64,000 nt of DNA from an uncultured delta proteobacterium (GTDB lineage: Bacteria > Myxococcota > Myxococcia > Myxococcales > Anaeromyxobacteraceae), in contig CAWJSR010000012.1 of the NCBI GenBank assembly GCA_963845515.1, positions 1 to 64,000 on the forward strand, read 5' to 3'. The notes under the pieces were generated by a model. That model was not told where the DNA came from. It worked only from the letters and a program-made list of their open reading frames with translations, and ran no database searches. Positions within the stretch are counted from its first letter, which is position 1. Each line of letters begins with the position of its first letter. Below are positions 43,985 to 54,700 of this stretch, one piece after another. The translations under genes were made by a program, and so were the position numbers.

Positions 43985-46136
43985 ATGGGCCGGATCGCCG
44001 TCCTCGTCGCGAGCCTTGCGCTCGCCCTCCCAGCGGTTCCCTCCGCCGCGGCCGGGCGGGCCGCTGCTCGCCGCAACCAGCCGCAACCCGTGGCGAAAGG
44101 CGCCAGGACCCCGAGCCTCGCCGAGGCGACCGAGGCCATGAAGGCGGTGATGCGCGACCCCGAGCGGCGCAACTACCGCCAGAACTGGGAGAGGGCCATC
44201 AATGGCCTGCTCTCGGCAGCGCGCGGCGAGAGCAAGGCCGCCGCGTGGCTGGAGGCGGGGCGGGCTCGCTGGGCACTGTACCGCTGGTCCGCAAACGAGA
44301 GCGACCGTGAGAAGGCGCTCATCCTCGCCAACCGCGCCGTTCAGCTCGGCTCCGCGGAAGGCAGGCAGCTCGCGGCCGCGATCCGATCCGGGCTCTGGCG
44401 ACGACGCTGGTGAGGGCGAGCGCCGTTCGCGTCCCGGCCGAAGAGGCCCGCCACCGTCCGAGGCAAAGGGGGAGCGTGGGCCTGGGCTCGCCAGGGCGAG
44501 CGAAGCCATGAAGTCGCTCATGCGCGACCGCGAGCGGCGCCGTTACCGCCACAACTGGGATCGCGCCATCAATGGCCTGCTCTCGGCCGCGCGCGGCAAG
44601 GACAAGGCTGCCGCGTGGCTGGAGGCAGGGCAGGCCCGCTACGCCCTGTACCGCTGGTCTGCGAACGAGAGCGACCGCGACAAGGCGCTCACCCTCGCCA
44701 ACCGCGCCGCGCAGCTCGGCTCCTCGGAGGGCAGGCTGCTCGCCGCGGCGATCCGGGAGGAGGCGGGCGACGACACTGTAGAGGTCGCGCGCCGCTCGCA
44801 TCCCGGCCGCAGGGGCGTGAGTCATCCACGGCTCTCCCCCGGGAGGGAACCAGCCCGCGAGGAGCGGGATGAGGTCGAGGAGGACGAGGACTCGCCGCCC
44901 GATCCGACGCTCACCGCGGCGCTCGCGGATCTCGAGTCGCCGGCCGAGACACCCACGCTGAAGCTCGGCGAGGACCGGCAGCAGGGACCGGCGCAGGTCA
45001 CCGAGGTCCGCTCCTGGGCGAGCGGCGACTACTCTCGCGTCGCGGTCTACCTCTCGCACTGGGTAGGCTGGCAGAAGCTGGAGCTGCCGCCCGAGGGCGG
45101 CCAGCCTCGGCGCCTCGCCTTCGACTTCAGGCCGGCGACGCTCGCCGGCAAGGCGCTCACCCGCTCCATGGCGGGCGCGCAGATCGACCGGGTGCGCGCG
45201 GCGCAGAACGCCGGCGACACGGTCCGCGTCGTGCTCGACCTCGCCGGCAGCGACGCCTCGGAGGTCTTCGCCCTGGACGACCCGCCGCGACTCGTCGTGG
45301 ACGTCGGCACGCACCCGGCCCCCACGCCGGTCGCCGACGGCTCGACGCGTCCGGCGGAGCCGTCCCCGGTCGAGCCGCCGGAGCGCAAGGCCCCAGCCGC
45401 CGGCGCCTCGGCGCGCGAGGAGGAGGAGCAGCAGCCGCGCACGGTCCGCCGCATCGTCGTCGACGCCGGTCATGGCGGACACGACCCCGGCGCCATAGGG
45501 AGGCGGGGGCTGCGCGAGAAGGACGTCACGCTCGACATCGCGCGAAAGGTCGCCAGGCTCCTGAAGGCAGACGGCTTCGACGTGGTCCTGACGCGGGACG
45601 CCGACAGGTTCCTCCAGCTCGAGGAGCGGACGGCGCTCGCCAACACCTCTCGCGGCGACCTCTTCGTCTCGATCCACGCGAACGCCCACCCCAGGCGCAA
45701 CCGGAGCGGCATCGAGACGTACTTCCTCAACGTCACGGACGACCGCTACGCCGCGCGGCTGGCGGCCCGGGAGAACGGCGCCGCGCCGGACGGAGAGGAC
45801 TCGGACGACGTCCTCCAGCGGATCCGCTCCGACCTGGACGCGGTGGCGAGCGCAGGATCGTCCAGGCAGCTCGCCGACCTCGTCCAGCGGGAGCTCTGCC
45901 GGTCGGTGCGGAGCCGCTTCGGAGACGTCAGGGACCTCGGGGTCAAGAGCGCGCTCTTCTACGTGCTGCTCGGCGCCCGGATGCCGGCGGTCCTGGTGGA
46001 GACGGGCTTCATCTCGAACGCCGCGGAGGAGAAGCGGCTCGCGTCGCCGGCCTACCGCGCCGAGGTGGCCAGCGCCGTCACGCGGGCCGTGCGGGGCTTC
46101 GCCAGGTCGGACGAGCGCGTCGCCGCAGCCCGCTGA
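43985..46136 (+). CDS. N-acetylmuramoyl-L-alanine amidase (Amidase_3 with AMIN domain) with a duplicated N-terminal domain; frameshift near 44395
   Basis: Signal peptide; VRVVLDL..PPRLVVDV (AMIN); VDAGHGGHDPGA, EKDVTL, SIHANA, LVETGFISN. Confidence 0.9.
44117..44775 (+). repeat. Intragenic direct duplication of about 290 bp (copies offset by 370 bp)
   Basis: GCCATGAAG..ATGCGCGACC at 44135 and 44505; both copies share GCCATCAATGGCCTGCTCTCGGC and encode ALYRWSANESDR. Confidence 0.9.
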
Positions 46137-46164
46137 GCCCTGCCGCCGCTATACTCGGGTGAGC

Positions 46165-48942
46165 ATGAGCGAACCCGTGACCGCGACCGTCCTCCCCGAC
46201 TTCGTTCCCTTCAGGCGCGACGAGCAGATCCAGCTGCTGGCGCCGCTCACCGGAGACGTGAAGGCGGACTTCGCCGCCCAGCGCAAGGTCGTGGAGGAGT
46301 TCCACCGCTCCGGGGCGAGCGGCCACGCCGTGGTCAGGCTCCAGAGCTTCGCGATGGACCGCATCGTCCTGGTGGTCTGGGAGCGCGCGCTCGCCCACGC
46401 GGCCGGGCTGGGCTGCAAGCCGACGCCCGTCTCGCTGGTCGCGCTGGGCGGGTATGGGCGCAAGGAGCTCGCCCCCTGGTCGGATCTCGACATCCTCGTC
46501 CTCCACGGCGCCGGCGACCCGAGCCCGTACGTGCGGACGGCGAGCGAGAAGCTCGTCTATGCGCTCTGGGACCTCAAGCTCGAGGTCGGGTACGGCGTCA
46601 GGGACCTCGCCGCCTGCGACGCGCTCGCCGAGGAGGACCACCCGGCGCGCACGGCGCTGCTGGACCTGCGCTTCATGGCGGGAGACGCGGAGCTCTATCG
46701 GCAGCTGGAGCGGGAGCAGCTCCACGGGTTGTCTGAGGCGAAGGTCGACCGCTTCATCCACGACAAGCTGGCCGAGATCCGTGACCGCCGCGAGCGGTTC
46801 GGCGACTCCCTCTACCTGCTCGAGCCGAACATCAAGCAGTCCGAGGGCGGGCTGCGCGACCTCCAGTCGGCCCTCTGGCTGGCGCGCGTCAGGTTCAAGG
46901 TCGGTGGGATCACGGACCTGCTGACCAGGGCGGTCCTCCCAGACCGCGAGGTCCGTGAGATGCGGCGCGCGCGCGACTTCATCTGGCGGATCCGGAACGA
47001 GATGCACTACCTCGCGCGCCGGAAGACCGATCAGCTCACCTTCGACCTCCAGCCGCTCGTCGCCGAGGGGATGGGGTACGTGGACGGGGAGGCGGGGAGC
47101 GGGGTCGAGCAGTTCATGCGCCACTACTACGTGGCGGCCAAGACCGTCCTCGTCGGGGTCGACGCCATCGTCGACCGCTGCCTGGAGCCCCAGGACGCCA
47201 CCGGCTGGAGGACCGTGCCCCCACCGGCTGCCGCCATCGGCGCCGAGCGGACGGTCGTGATGCTGCGCGGGAAGCCTTCGCGCGAAGGTGAGCGGACGCT
47301 GGAGGGGGGCGAGTTCAAGGTCTTCCGCGGCAGGCTGACGGTCACCGGGTCCGACGTCCTACAGCGGTCCCCTGGCGCGCTCGTCCGGCTCTTCGCCACG
47401 GCCGACCGCGAGGCGCTCGACCTCTACCCGTACGCACGCGACCTCGCGGCCCACGTCGCCGTCGAGCTCCCCCCGACGGCTGCCGAGGATCCGGAGGTGA
47501 GCCAGGAGCTGCTCGCCTGCTTCAACCGACCGGGGACGCGCGGCAGGTTCCTCACCCGGATGCACGACCTGGGCGTGCTGCAGCGGCTGGTGCCGGAGTT
47601 CGCGGCCATCACGGCGCGGCGGCAGATCGACGTCTACCACGTGTACACGGTCGACGTTCACACGCTCAACGCCGTCCGCCGCCTCTTCGCGCTCCGCTGC
47701 GGGGACGTGAAGGAGGAACTGGTCACCGGGATCATGCAGCGGATGGAGCGCCCCCTGCCGCTCTACATAGGCACGCTCTTCCACGACGTCGGGAAGGGGA
47801 GCGGCAAGGAACACTCGGTCCGCGGCGCAGAGTTGGCGGGGCCGGCCAGCGTCCGGCTGGGGCTCGACGCGGCAGACGCCGCCGACATCGAGTGGCTCGT
47901 GATGAAGCACCTGCGCATGGCGGCCATCGCCCAGCGGCGCGACCTGTCGGACCCCGACCTGATCCATGCCTTCGCCGAGGAGGTCGGGACGGTCGATCGC
48001 CTGGAGAAGCTCTACCTCCTCACCTACGCCGACATCTCGACCGTGGGCCCTGGGACGTGGAACGAGTGGAAGGCCCGGCTGCTGCGCGAGCTGTACCAGA
48101 AGACCCGCGCGGTCCTCGCTGGCGGCGAGCGCCGCCCGGAGCCGGGGATGGCGGAGGCGGCAGGGCGCGCAGAGGCAGCGGCAGAGCTCCGCGGACGGGC
48201 CGCCGCCGCCGACATCGACCGGTTCGTCGCGGCCATGCCAGCCCGGTACTTCCTCACGGAGGCACCGGACCGGGCGCCGGTTCACCTCCGGATGCTCCGA
48301 CGAGGACGGGCAGGAGCGGTGGCGACGTACCTCCGGTGCCGGCCCGTGCTCGGCCGCTGCGAGCTGACGCTCACGGCTCCAGACAGGCCCGGGCTGCTCG
48401 CCACCATCGCGGGAGTCCTGGCTTCACATCGGATAGACATCCAGCGCGCCGAGGTCTTCTCCACTGCGCGGGACCCTGCGCTCGACTGGCTCCAGGGGCG
48501 CGCGCTCGACGTCTTCGACGTCCGGGGGCCCGAAGGAGGGGCCGTCGATCGGGACCGGTGGAAGGCCGCCCGCGCCGACCTGCGCAGGGTCCTCACCGGT
48601 GAGGAGGCTCTCGCCGAGTTGATGGGGCGCCGCCTCAGGGCCTCGGCCCTGCCGGCGAAGCCGCTCCCTGCCCTCAACACCAAGGTCGTCATCGACAACG
48701 TGAGCGCCCGAACGCACTCCGTCATCGACGTCTTCACGGCCGACCGGGTGGGATTGCTGCATACATTGGCGAAGACGCTCTTCGATCTGGGGCTAACCGT
48801 CGACCTTGCCCGGATCTCGACCGAAGGACACCGGGCGCTCGATGCCTTCTATGTCCGGACCAAGGACGGGCAGCGGCTCGAAGGGGAGGCCGCGGGGAGG
48901 GTGGTCGAGGCGATTCAGCAGGCGCTGGCGCGCAGCAACTGA
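46165..48942 (+). CDS. glnD: [Protein-PII] uridylyltransferase
   Basis: ALGGYGR..SDLD, EPNIKQSEGGLRD, YHVYTVDVH, FHDVGKG, two ACT domains (DRPGLL, DRVGLL). Confidence 0.95.
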   Translation: MSEPVTATVLPDFVPFRRDEQIQLLAPLTGDVKADFAAQRKVVEEFHRSGASGHAVVRLQSFAMDRIVLVVWERALAHAAGLGCKPTPVSLVALGGYGRKELAPWSDLDILVLHGAGDPSPYVRTASEKLVYALWDLKLEVGYGVRDLAACDALAEEDHPARTALLDLRFMAGDAELYRQLEREQLHGLSEAKVDRFIHDKLAEIRDRRERFGDSLYLLEPNIKQSEGGLRDLQSALWLARVRFKVGGITDLLTRAVLPDREVREMRRARDFIWRIRNEMHYLARRKTDQLTFDLQPLVAEGMGYVDGEAGSGVEQFMRHYYVAAKTVLVGVDAIVDRCLEPQDATGWRTVPPPAAAIGAERTVVMLRGKPSREGERTLEGGEFKVFRGRLTVTGSDVLQRSPGALVRLFATADREALDLYPYARDLAAHVAVELPPTAAEDPEVSQELLACFNRPGTRGRFLTRMHDLGVLQRLVPEFAAITARRQIDVYHVYTVDVHTLNAVRRLFALRCGDVKEELVTGIMQRMERPLPLYIGTLFHDVGKGSGKEHSVRGAELAGPASVRLGLDAADAADIEWLVMKHLRMAAIAQRRDLSDPDLIHAFAEEVGTVDRLEKLYLLTYADISTVGPGTWNEWKARLLRELYQKTRAVLAGGERRPEPGMAEAAGRAEAAAELRGRAAAADIDRFVAAMPARYFLTEAPDRAPVHLRMLRRGRAGAVATYLRCRPVLGRCELTLTAPDRPGLLATIAGVLASHRIDIQRAEVFSTARDPALDWLQGRALDVFDVRGPEGGAVDRDRWKAARADLRRVLTGEEALAELMGRRLRASALPAKPLPALNTKVVIDNVSARTHSVIDVFTADRVGLLHTLAKTLFDLGLTVDLARISTEGHRALDAFYVRTKDGQRLEGEAAGRVVEAIQQALARSN

Positions 48943-49013
48943 CTCGCGCCGAGGTCGGCGTCTTGCATCAACCATCGACATTCACGGTGGTTTAGTGGCG
49001 CTATCGGCCTACA

Positions 49014-49042
49014 TTGACAGGCTAGCGGACGGTTGGTAAACG
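49014..49042 (+). promoter_or_regulatory. Sigma-70-type promoter
   Basis: TTGACA-N17-TAAACG with extended TG. Confidence 0.55.
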
Positions 49043-49070
49043 CTCGCTCCGGTAACCGGAAATACCAGCA

Positions 49071-49685
49071 ATGTCGGAAAACCGCGAAGAGATCGGTCGC
49101 CCTGGCCGCTTCCTGACGAGCGCAGAGGTAGCGGAGCTCGTTGGCGTCTCTGCGCGGACGGTCTCCAACTGGATCCGGGACGGCCACCTCAAGGCCTTCA
49201 GGACGCCCGGGGGGCACAGCAGGGTCGCAGAGGAAGATCTCCAGGGGTTCCTTAAGGAGCGCGGGATACGCCCGCTCCCCGTCCCGGCCAATTCGCCGTC
49301 CGCTCGCGACGCCGCGTCGAAGCGGCCGCGCGTCCTCTTCATCGACGACGACGAGAACCTCCTCGACATCATCCGCGAGGTCCTGGAGGCGAACGGCTAC
49401 GAGGTCCAGACCGCCCGTCACGGCTTCCTGGCTGGCTACCTCGTCGCCCACTTCCAGCCTCACGTGATCGTGCTCGACCTGATGATGCCCGGGCTGGACG
49501 GGTTCGAGGTCATGTCGCTCCTCCGGAAGCGGCCGGAGGCGCGCTCACTCCCCGTGGTGGCCTGCACCTCCTTGCGGGGGACAGAGGTGGAGGCGCGCGC
49601 GCGGGAGGCCGGCTTCGTCTCGTACCTCAAGAAGCCCCTGGACTTCCGCGGGCTCGTCGCCGTCCTCCGCGAGGTCATCGCCTGA
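49071..49685 (+). CDS. Response regulator with an N-terminal Xis/BldC-like HTH
   Basis: LTSAEVAELVGVSARTVSNWIRDGHLKAFRTPGGHSRV; REC motifs FIDDD, VLDLMMP, LKKP. Confidence 0.9.
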   Translation: MSENREEIGRPGRFLTSAEVAELVGVSARTVSNWIRDGHLKAFRTPGGHSRVAEEDLQGFLKERGIRPLPVPANSPSARDAASKRPRVLFIDDDENLLDIIREVLEANGYEVQTARHGFLAGYLVAHFQPHVIVLDLMMPGLDGFEVMSLLRKRPEARSLPVVACTSLRGTEVEARAREAGFVSYLKKPLDFRGLVAVLREVIA

Positions 49686-50422
49686 GCCTCCCGCTCGCCA
49701 GCGAGGAGGCGCTGCTGGCTGCGCTCGAGCGCGCGCTGGAGGCTGGCGCCGCGAGCGCCAGCCCGGTCGGCGTCGTCACCATACGGGACGCCGGCGGAGG
49801 CGACGAGGCCGTGCGGCTCGCCGCGGCATCGATGGACGCGCTGCCAGCCGGAGGCGCCGCGGGGCTCCTCTCCAGCGACCGGGTGGCCATCGTCCTCCCT
49901 GGCTTCGGGCCGGCCGCTGCTCGCGACGTGGCGCGGCGGCTCGCGGCCGCCTTCCCGCAGCTCCGGGTCGGCTCTTCTGCGTCCCTCCAGGACCGGCCCC
50001 CGCGCGGTCCGGCGGACCTGATCGCCGACGCGGAGCGCGCTGCCGATGCGCTGCGGCGGCGGATCCTGGTCGTCGAGGACGAGCCGATGCTCGCCCAGAT
50101 CATCCGGACCTTCCTGTCCGCGGTCGGCGGCTACGACGTCGTCGTCGCCCACTCGGGAGACGAGGCGCTGGCGAGCTGCGCCGAGGCGGAGCCGGCGCTC
50201 GTCATCCTGGACCTCGAGCTGCCCGACGTCGACGGCCCCGAGCTGCTCCGCCGGATCAGGCTCCTGGGAAGAGACGTGGCGGCCGTCGCGTGCAGCGGGA
50301 AGCGGCCCGAGTCGGCCGCGGGCGCCGGGTTCACCGCCTTCTTCCGGAAGCCGTTCGACATGCGCGCGCTGGTGGCCGAGGTCGAGAGGATCCTCACAAC
50401 GCAAGCCCTTGGGGTCCCCTAG
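49682..50422 (+). CDS. Degenerate GGDEF-like domain fused to a REC domain; start uncertain (CTG at 49682 or GTG at 49811)
   Basis: VAIVLPG..AARDVARRL..RVGSSA..LIADAERA, then ILVVEDE, ILDLELP, FRKP. Confidence 0.7.
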   Translation: MSLPLASEEALLAALERALEAGAASASPVGVVTIRDAGGGDEAVRLAAASMDALPAGGAAGLLSSDRVAIVLPGFGPAAARDVARRLAAAFPQLRVGSSASLQDRPPRGPADLIADAERAADALRRRILVVEDEPMLAQIIRTFLSAVGGYDVVVAHSGDEALASCAEAEPALVILDLELPDVDGPELLRRIRLLGRDVAAVACSGKRPESAAGAGFTAFFRKPFDMRALVAEVERILTTQALGVP

Positions 50423-50447
50423 GAAAGCTGCTAAGTAGCCGGTCACC

Positions 50448-51071
50448 ATGTCGCTCGCCCCGATCCTGGAGATCGACCCCCGGCACCCGCAGCCTCGCAC
50501 CATCGAGCGCGCGGTCCAGCTGCTCGCCTCGGGCGGCCTGGTGGCCTTTCCGACGGACACCTACTACGGCATCGGCTGCGATCTCTTCGACAAGCGCGCC
50601 ATCGAGCGGATCTACCAGCTCAAGCGGCTGCCACGTGATCACGAGCTGTCGTTCATCTGCCAGGACCTGGCCGAGGTCGCGCAGTACGCGATGGTCGACA
50701 ACGCCGCCTACCGCGTCCTTCGCCGCAAGGTCCCCGGGCCCTACACGTTCATCCTCCCCGCGACACGGGTCGTGCCGGACCTCATGCTCCGGCGGCAGAA
50801 GACGGTCGGCATTCGCGTCCCGGACGATCCGATCGCGCTGGAGATCGTCCGGAAGCTCGGCCACCCCATCGTCTCCACCTCGGCGGCCACGCCGGAGGGG
50901 GAGATCCTGATCGACGCCAAGGACATCAAGGATCGGCTCGGGCACGGGCTCGACCTGGTGCTCGACGGCGGCTACAAGCCGAACGAGGGCTCGTCGGTCG
51001 TCGACCTCTCGGGGCCCGAGCCCGTCGTGATCCGCGTCGGCAAGGGCGACGTCGGCGACCTGCTCGCCTGA
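50448..51071 (+). CDS. Sua5/YciO/YrdC-family protein (threonylcarbamoyl-AMP synthase family)
   Basis: AFPTDTYYGIGC, PGPYTFIL, TVGIRVP, STSA, SSVVDL. Confidence 0.9.
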   Translation: MSLAPILEIDPRHPQPRTIERAVQLLASGGLVAFPTDTYYGIGCDLFDKRAIERIYQLKRLPRDHELSFICQDLAEVAQYAMVDNAAYRVLRRKVPGPYTFILPATRVVPDLMLRRQKTVGIRVPDDPIALEIVRKLGHPIVSTSAATPEGEILIDAKDIKDRLGHGLDLVLDGGYKPNEGSSVVDLSGPEPVVIRVGKGDVGDLLA

Positions 51072-51121
51072 TCGCGCCCACGAAACTGGACGCCCCGGCG
51101 CCCGGCGATATCGTCGGGCCG

Positions 51122-52018
51122 ATGTCACCGCTCGAACCAGCCCTCGACCTCTTCCTCGCCCACATCCGGGTCGAGAAGGGGCTCGCCGACAACAGCGTCG
51201 AGGCCTACGGCCACGACCTTCGGCGCTACCTGGAGCAGCTGGCGGCGATGGGGATCGACCGCTGGGATCGGGTGGGGCGCCCCGAGATCCAGGCGCACCT
51301 CGGCGAGCTCCTGCGGCAGGGGATCTCCTCCCGCTCCCAGGCGCGCGCTCTCTCGGCGATCCGGCAGCTCCACAAGCTGCTGCTGCGCGAGCGGATCGCC
51401 TCCGCCGATCCGACGGACGAGATCGGCTCGCCCCGCCCTGGCAGGAAGCTGCCAGCGCCGCTCTCGCGGGCCGAGGTGGAGGGGCTCCTCGCCGCGATAG
51501 ACCCGCGCACCCCGGCCGGCGCGCGCGACCGGGCGATGGTCGAGCTCCTCTACGCCACCGGCCTGCGCGTCTCCGAGCTGGTAGGGCTGCGGCTCAACGA
51601 CATCGACCTCGAGGGGCGCGTCCTCCTCGCCCGCGGCAAGGGGAGCAAGGAGCGGATGGTCCCGATCGGCGCTCCCGCCGCGGAGGCGGTCAAGGGGTAC
51701 CTCGCAGCCTCGCGGGAGCGACTGCTCAAGGGGCGGCGCTGCAGGGAGCTCTTCGTCACCCCCCGCGGGGCCCGGCTGACGCGACAGGGGTTCGCGAAGC
51801 TCCTCGGGCGTCACGCCCGGGCGGCGGGGATCGGCCGCCGGATCTCGCCGCACAAGCTCCGCCACAGCTTCGCGACCCACCTGTTGGAGGGGGGAGCGGA
51901 CCTCCGCGCCGTCCAGGCGATGCTCGGCCACGCCGACATCTCCACGACGCAGGTCTACACACACGTCGACAGGACGCACGTCCGCAGGCTCCACGAGCGC
52001 TTTCACCCCCGCGCCTGA
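51122..52018 (+). CDS. xerD: Site-specific tyrosine recombinase XerD
   Basis: LLYATGLRVSEL, GKGSKER, HKLRHSFATH, LGHADISTTQVY; core chromosomal context. Confidence 0.92.
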   Translation: MSPLEPALDLFLAHIRVEKGLADNSVEAYGHDLRRYLEQLAAMGIDRWDRVGRPEIQAHLGELLRQGISSRSQARALSAIRQLHKLLLRERIASADPTDEIGSPRPGRKLPAPLSRAEVEGLLAAIDPRTPAGARDRAMVELLYATGLRVSELVGLRLNDIDLEGRVLLARGKGSKERMVPIGAPAAEAVKGYLAASRERLLKGRRCRELFVTPRGARLTRQGFAKLLGRHARAAGIGRRISPHKLRHSFATHLLEGGADLRAVQAMLGHADISTTQVYTHVDRTHVRRLHERFHPRA

Positions 52019-52140
52019 CCTCGAAAAGTCGCCGTGGTTCCAGAGGGATCCGGCGGGTCGCACCCGCCGACGCCGCGCGTTGACCCCACGGGGCCGCGCT
52101 GCTACAAGGCATCCTTTCCAAAGGGGTTTTCGTGAACGGC

Positions 52141-52781
52141 ATGGACCTGGTGGGGGCGGTGATCGGCCTCATCCCTGTGATCTTGTCGCTTTCGGTCCAC
52201 GAGTTTGCACACGCGTGGACTGCGAGCCGACTCGGCGACGACACCGCCGCGCGAATGGGGAGGCTCACGCTCAACCCGATCGCCCACATCGATCCGTTCG
52301 GCACGGTCATCCTCCCGCTGATCCTCGTCCTTCCAACGTCCCGGCGTTCGGCTGGGCGCGCCCGGTCCCGGTCGATCCCTCGCCGCTTCCGGCGCGACGT
52401 GTCCATGGGCCGAGGGCATGGCGCTCACCGCGAGCGCCGGCCCGATCTCCAACTCGCGCTGGCCATCGTCGCGACGCTCCTCCTCGGGCTCCTGGTCCGC
52501 GCACGCACCGCGGGCACGACGATCGCAGGAAGCTCCTCATCGACGTCGTCCTGCTGAACGTCGTCCTCGCGCTCTTCAACCTCATCCCGCATCCCGCCGC
52601 TCGACGGCAGCCGCGTCAGTCGCGTGGCTCCTGCCGACACGGCTGCGCACGGCTGGCAGGCGGTCGAGCGCTTCGCCCCGATCCTCCTGATCGTCATCCT
52701 GCTGTTCGGTGGCCGCTCATCCGCGGCCCGGTCAACGCAGTCGTCGGCCTCCTCGAGCGGCTCCTGAACGCCATCGTCTGA
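52141..52781 (+). CDS. Site-2 protease (M50) family; several frameshifts
   Basis: [38 protein letters not shown]. Confidence 0.85.
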
Positions 52782-52794
52782 GCGCCTCCACGCC

Positions 52795-53787
52795 ATGACG
52801 AACTCCTCCCGCCCGATCGTCGTCTCTGGAATGCGCCCCACGGGGCGGCTGCACCTCGGTCACCTCCACGGCGCGCTCGCGAACTGGGTGAAGCTGCAGG
52901 AGGAGAACGACTGCTTCTTCTTCAGCGCCGACTGGCACGCGCTGACGACGAACTACCAGCAGACCGACACGCTGAAGCAGATGGAGCGCGAGATGTTCGT
53001 CGACTTCATCGCCGCGGGGATCGACCCGCAGCGGTCGACGCTCTTCGTCCAGAGCCAGATCAAGGAGCACGCCGAGCTCTACCTCCTGCTCGGCATGATC
53101 ACGCCGCTCGGCTGGCTGGAGCGCTGCCCGTCGTACAAGGAGATGCGCGAGAACATCACGGATCGCGACCTCGCGCTGTACGGCTTCCTCGGCTACCCGG
53201 TCCTGATGACCGCGGACATCATCCTGTACAAGGCGACGAGGGTGCCGGTCGGCGCGGACCAGCTCGCGCACCTGGAGCTCAGCCGCGAGATCGCGCGCAA
53301 GTTCAACTTCCACTACGGCCCCGTCTTCCCCGAGCCGCAGCCGATGCTCACCGAGGCGGCGAAGGTCGTCGGGATCGACGGCCGCAAGATGTCGAAGAGC
53401 TACGGCAACTCGATCGACCTCGGCGAGCCGTCCGACTCCACGACGAAGAAGATCATGGGGGCGGTGACGGATCCCGCGCGCAAGCGGCGCCAGGACCCGG
53501 GTAACCCGGAGGTCTGCGGCATCTTCTACCTGCACAAGATCTACAGCACCCCGGAGACCGTCGGCTGGGTCGACACCAACTGCCGCACCGCCGGGATCGG
53601 CTGCGTCGACTGCAAGAAGAAGCTGCTCGAGCGGCTCCTCCCGGAGCAGGAGATGATGCGCGAGCGGCGCGAGCGGCTGCTCGCCAGGCCGCAGGACGTC
53701 GAGGAGCTGGTGCAGCTCGGTAACTCCAAGGCCCGCGAGGCCGCGCAGCGGACCATGGAACAAGTCCGCGCGGCGATGAAGCTGTAG
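52795..53787 (+). CDS. trpS: Tryptophan--tRNA ligase
   Basis: SGMRPTGRLHLGH, YPVLMTADI, KMSKS. Confidence 0.96.
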   Translation: MTNSSRPIVVSGMRPTGRLHLGHLHGALANWVKLQEENDCFFFSADWHALTTNYQQTDTLKQMEREMFVDFIAAGIDPQRSTLFVQSQIKEHAELYLLLGMITPLGWLERCPSYKEMRENITDRDLALYGFLGYPVLMTADIILYKATRVPVGADQLAHLELSREIARKFNFHYGPVFPEPQPMLTEAAKVVGIDGRKMSKSYGNSIDLGEPSDSTTKKIMGAVTDPARKRRQDPGNPEVCGIFYLHKIYSTPETVGWVDTNCRTAGIGCVDCKKKLLERLLPEQEMMRERRERLLARPQDVEELVQLGNSKAREAAQRTMEQVRAAMKL

Positions 53788-53809
53788 CCGCACCCGGACC
53801 GGCTGGTGG

Positions 53810-54700
53810 ATGGTCGAGCGAGGTGACGAGACGGCCCGCGAGGCCGATGGCGCTGGCCCGGAGCCCCGGGAGCAGCCAGCGCCTTTCCGCGTCGCGCTGC
53901 CGCCCTTCCGCGCCGGGGAGCCGCCGTTCGAGGGGCCGCTCGACCTCCTGCTCCACCTGGTGAAGGAACACCAGGTCGAGATCTTCGACATCCCGATCGC
54001 CCGGATCACCGAGAGCTACCTCGAGACGCTGCAGGCGCTCCAGGACCTGGACATCGACGTCGCGGGCGAGTTCCTGTCGATGGCGGCCCAGCTGATGTTG
54101 ATGAAGTCGCGGCTGCTGCTGCCGCGCACCGAGGTGGCGGAGGACGCGCCCTCGCCGGAGGATCAGGGGGTCGATCCACGGGCCGAGCTGGTCCGGCGGC
54201 TCCTCGAGTACCAGAAGTACAAGGCGGCCGCGGAGGAGCTGGGCGATCGCGACATCCTCGACCGGACGGTCTTCGTCCGGCGCGTCCGGCCGGAGCGGCT
54301 CTCGTCGGCGGACGGCCCGGAGGGGCTGGCCGACGTCTCGGTCTTCAAGCTGATCGAGGCGCTCGATCGGGCGCTCGCGAACGCGGCCCCGGAGAAGGCG
54401 CACGAGGTCCTGACCGACAGGCTCACGATCAACGACGCCATCAGCCGCGTCGCCGAGGTGCTCAGGCTCCAGCGACGCGCCACCTTCGATGAGCTGCTGG
54501 CCGGCCCCTCCGAGCGGCGCAACACCCGGGCGGACGTCATCGCCACCTTCCTCGCGATCCTCGAGATGACCAAGCTCAAGCTCATCCGCATCTACCAGGC
54601 ATCCGTCGACGAGGCCGGCCCGGGCGGCGAGATCATCGTCGAGGCGCGCGACACGCTCGGCGACGACGTCCCGCCCGGCGACACGGAGGAATACCGATGA
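53810..54700 (+). CDS. scpA: Segregation and condensation protein A
   Basis: FEGPLDLLLHL, KSRLLLP, LVRRLLEY, FLAILE. Confidence 0.95.
   Translation: MVERGDETAREADGAGPEPREQPAPFRVALPPFRAGEPPFEGPLDLLLHLVKEHQVEIFDIPIARITESYLETLQALQDLDIDVAGEFLSMAAQLMLMKSRLLLPRTEVAEDAPSPEDQGVDPRAELVRRLLEYQKYKAAAEELGDRDILDRTVFVRRVRPERLSSADGPEGLADVSVFKLIEALDRALANAAPEKAHEVLTDRLTINDAISRVAEVLRLQRRATFDELLAGPSERRNTRADVIATFLAILEMTKLKLIRIYQASVDEAGPGGEIIVEARDTLGDDVPPGDTEEYR

Noticed and set aside
51122..52018. Tyrosine recombinase as a prophage or island integrase
   Set aside because: It has XerD size and motifs and sits among housekeeping genes; no att sites, tRNA or cargo genes.
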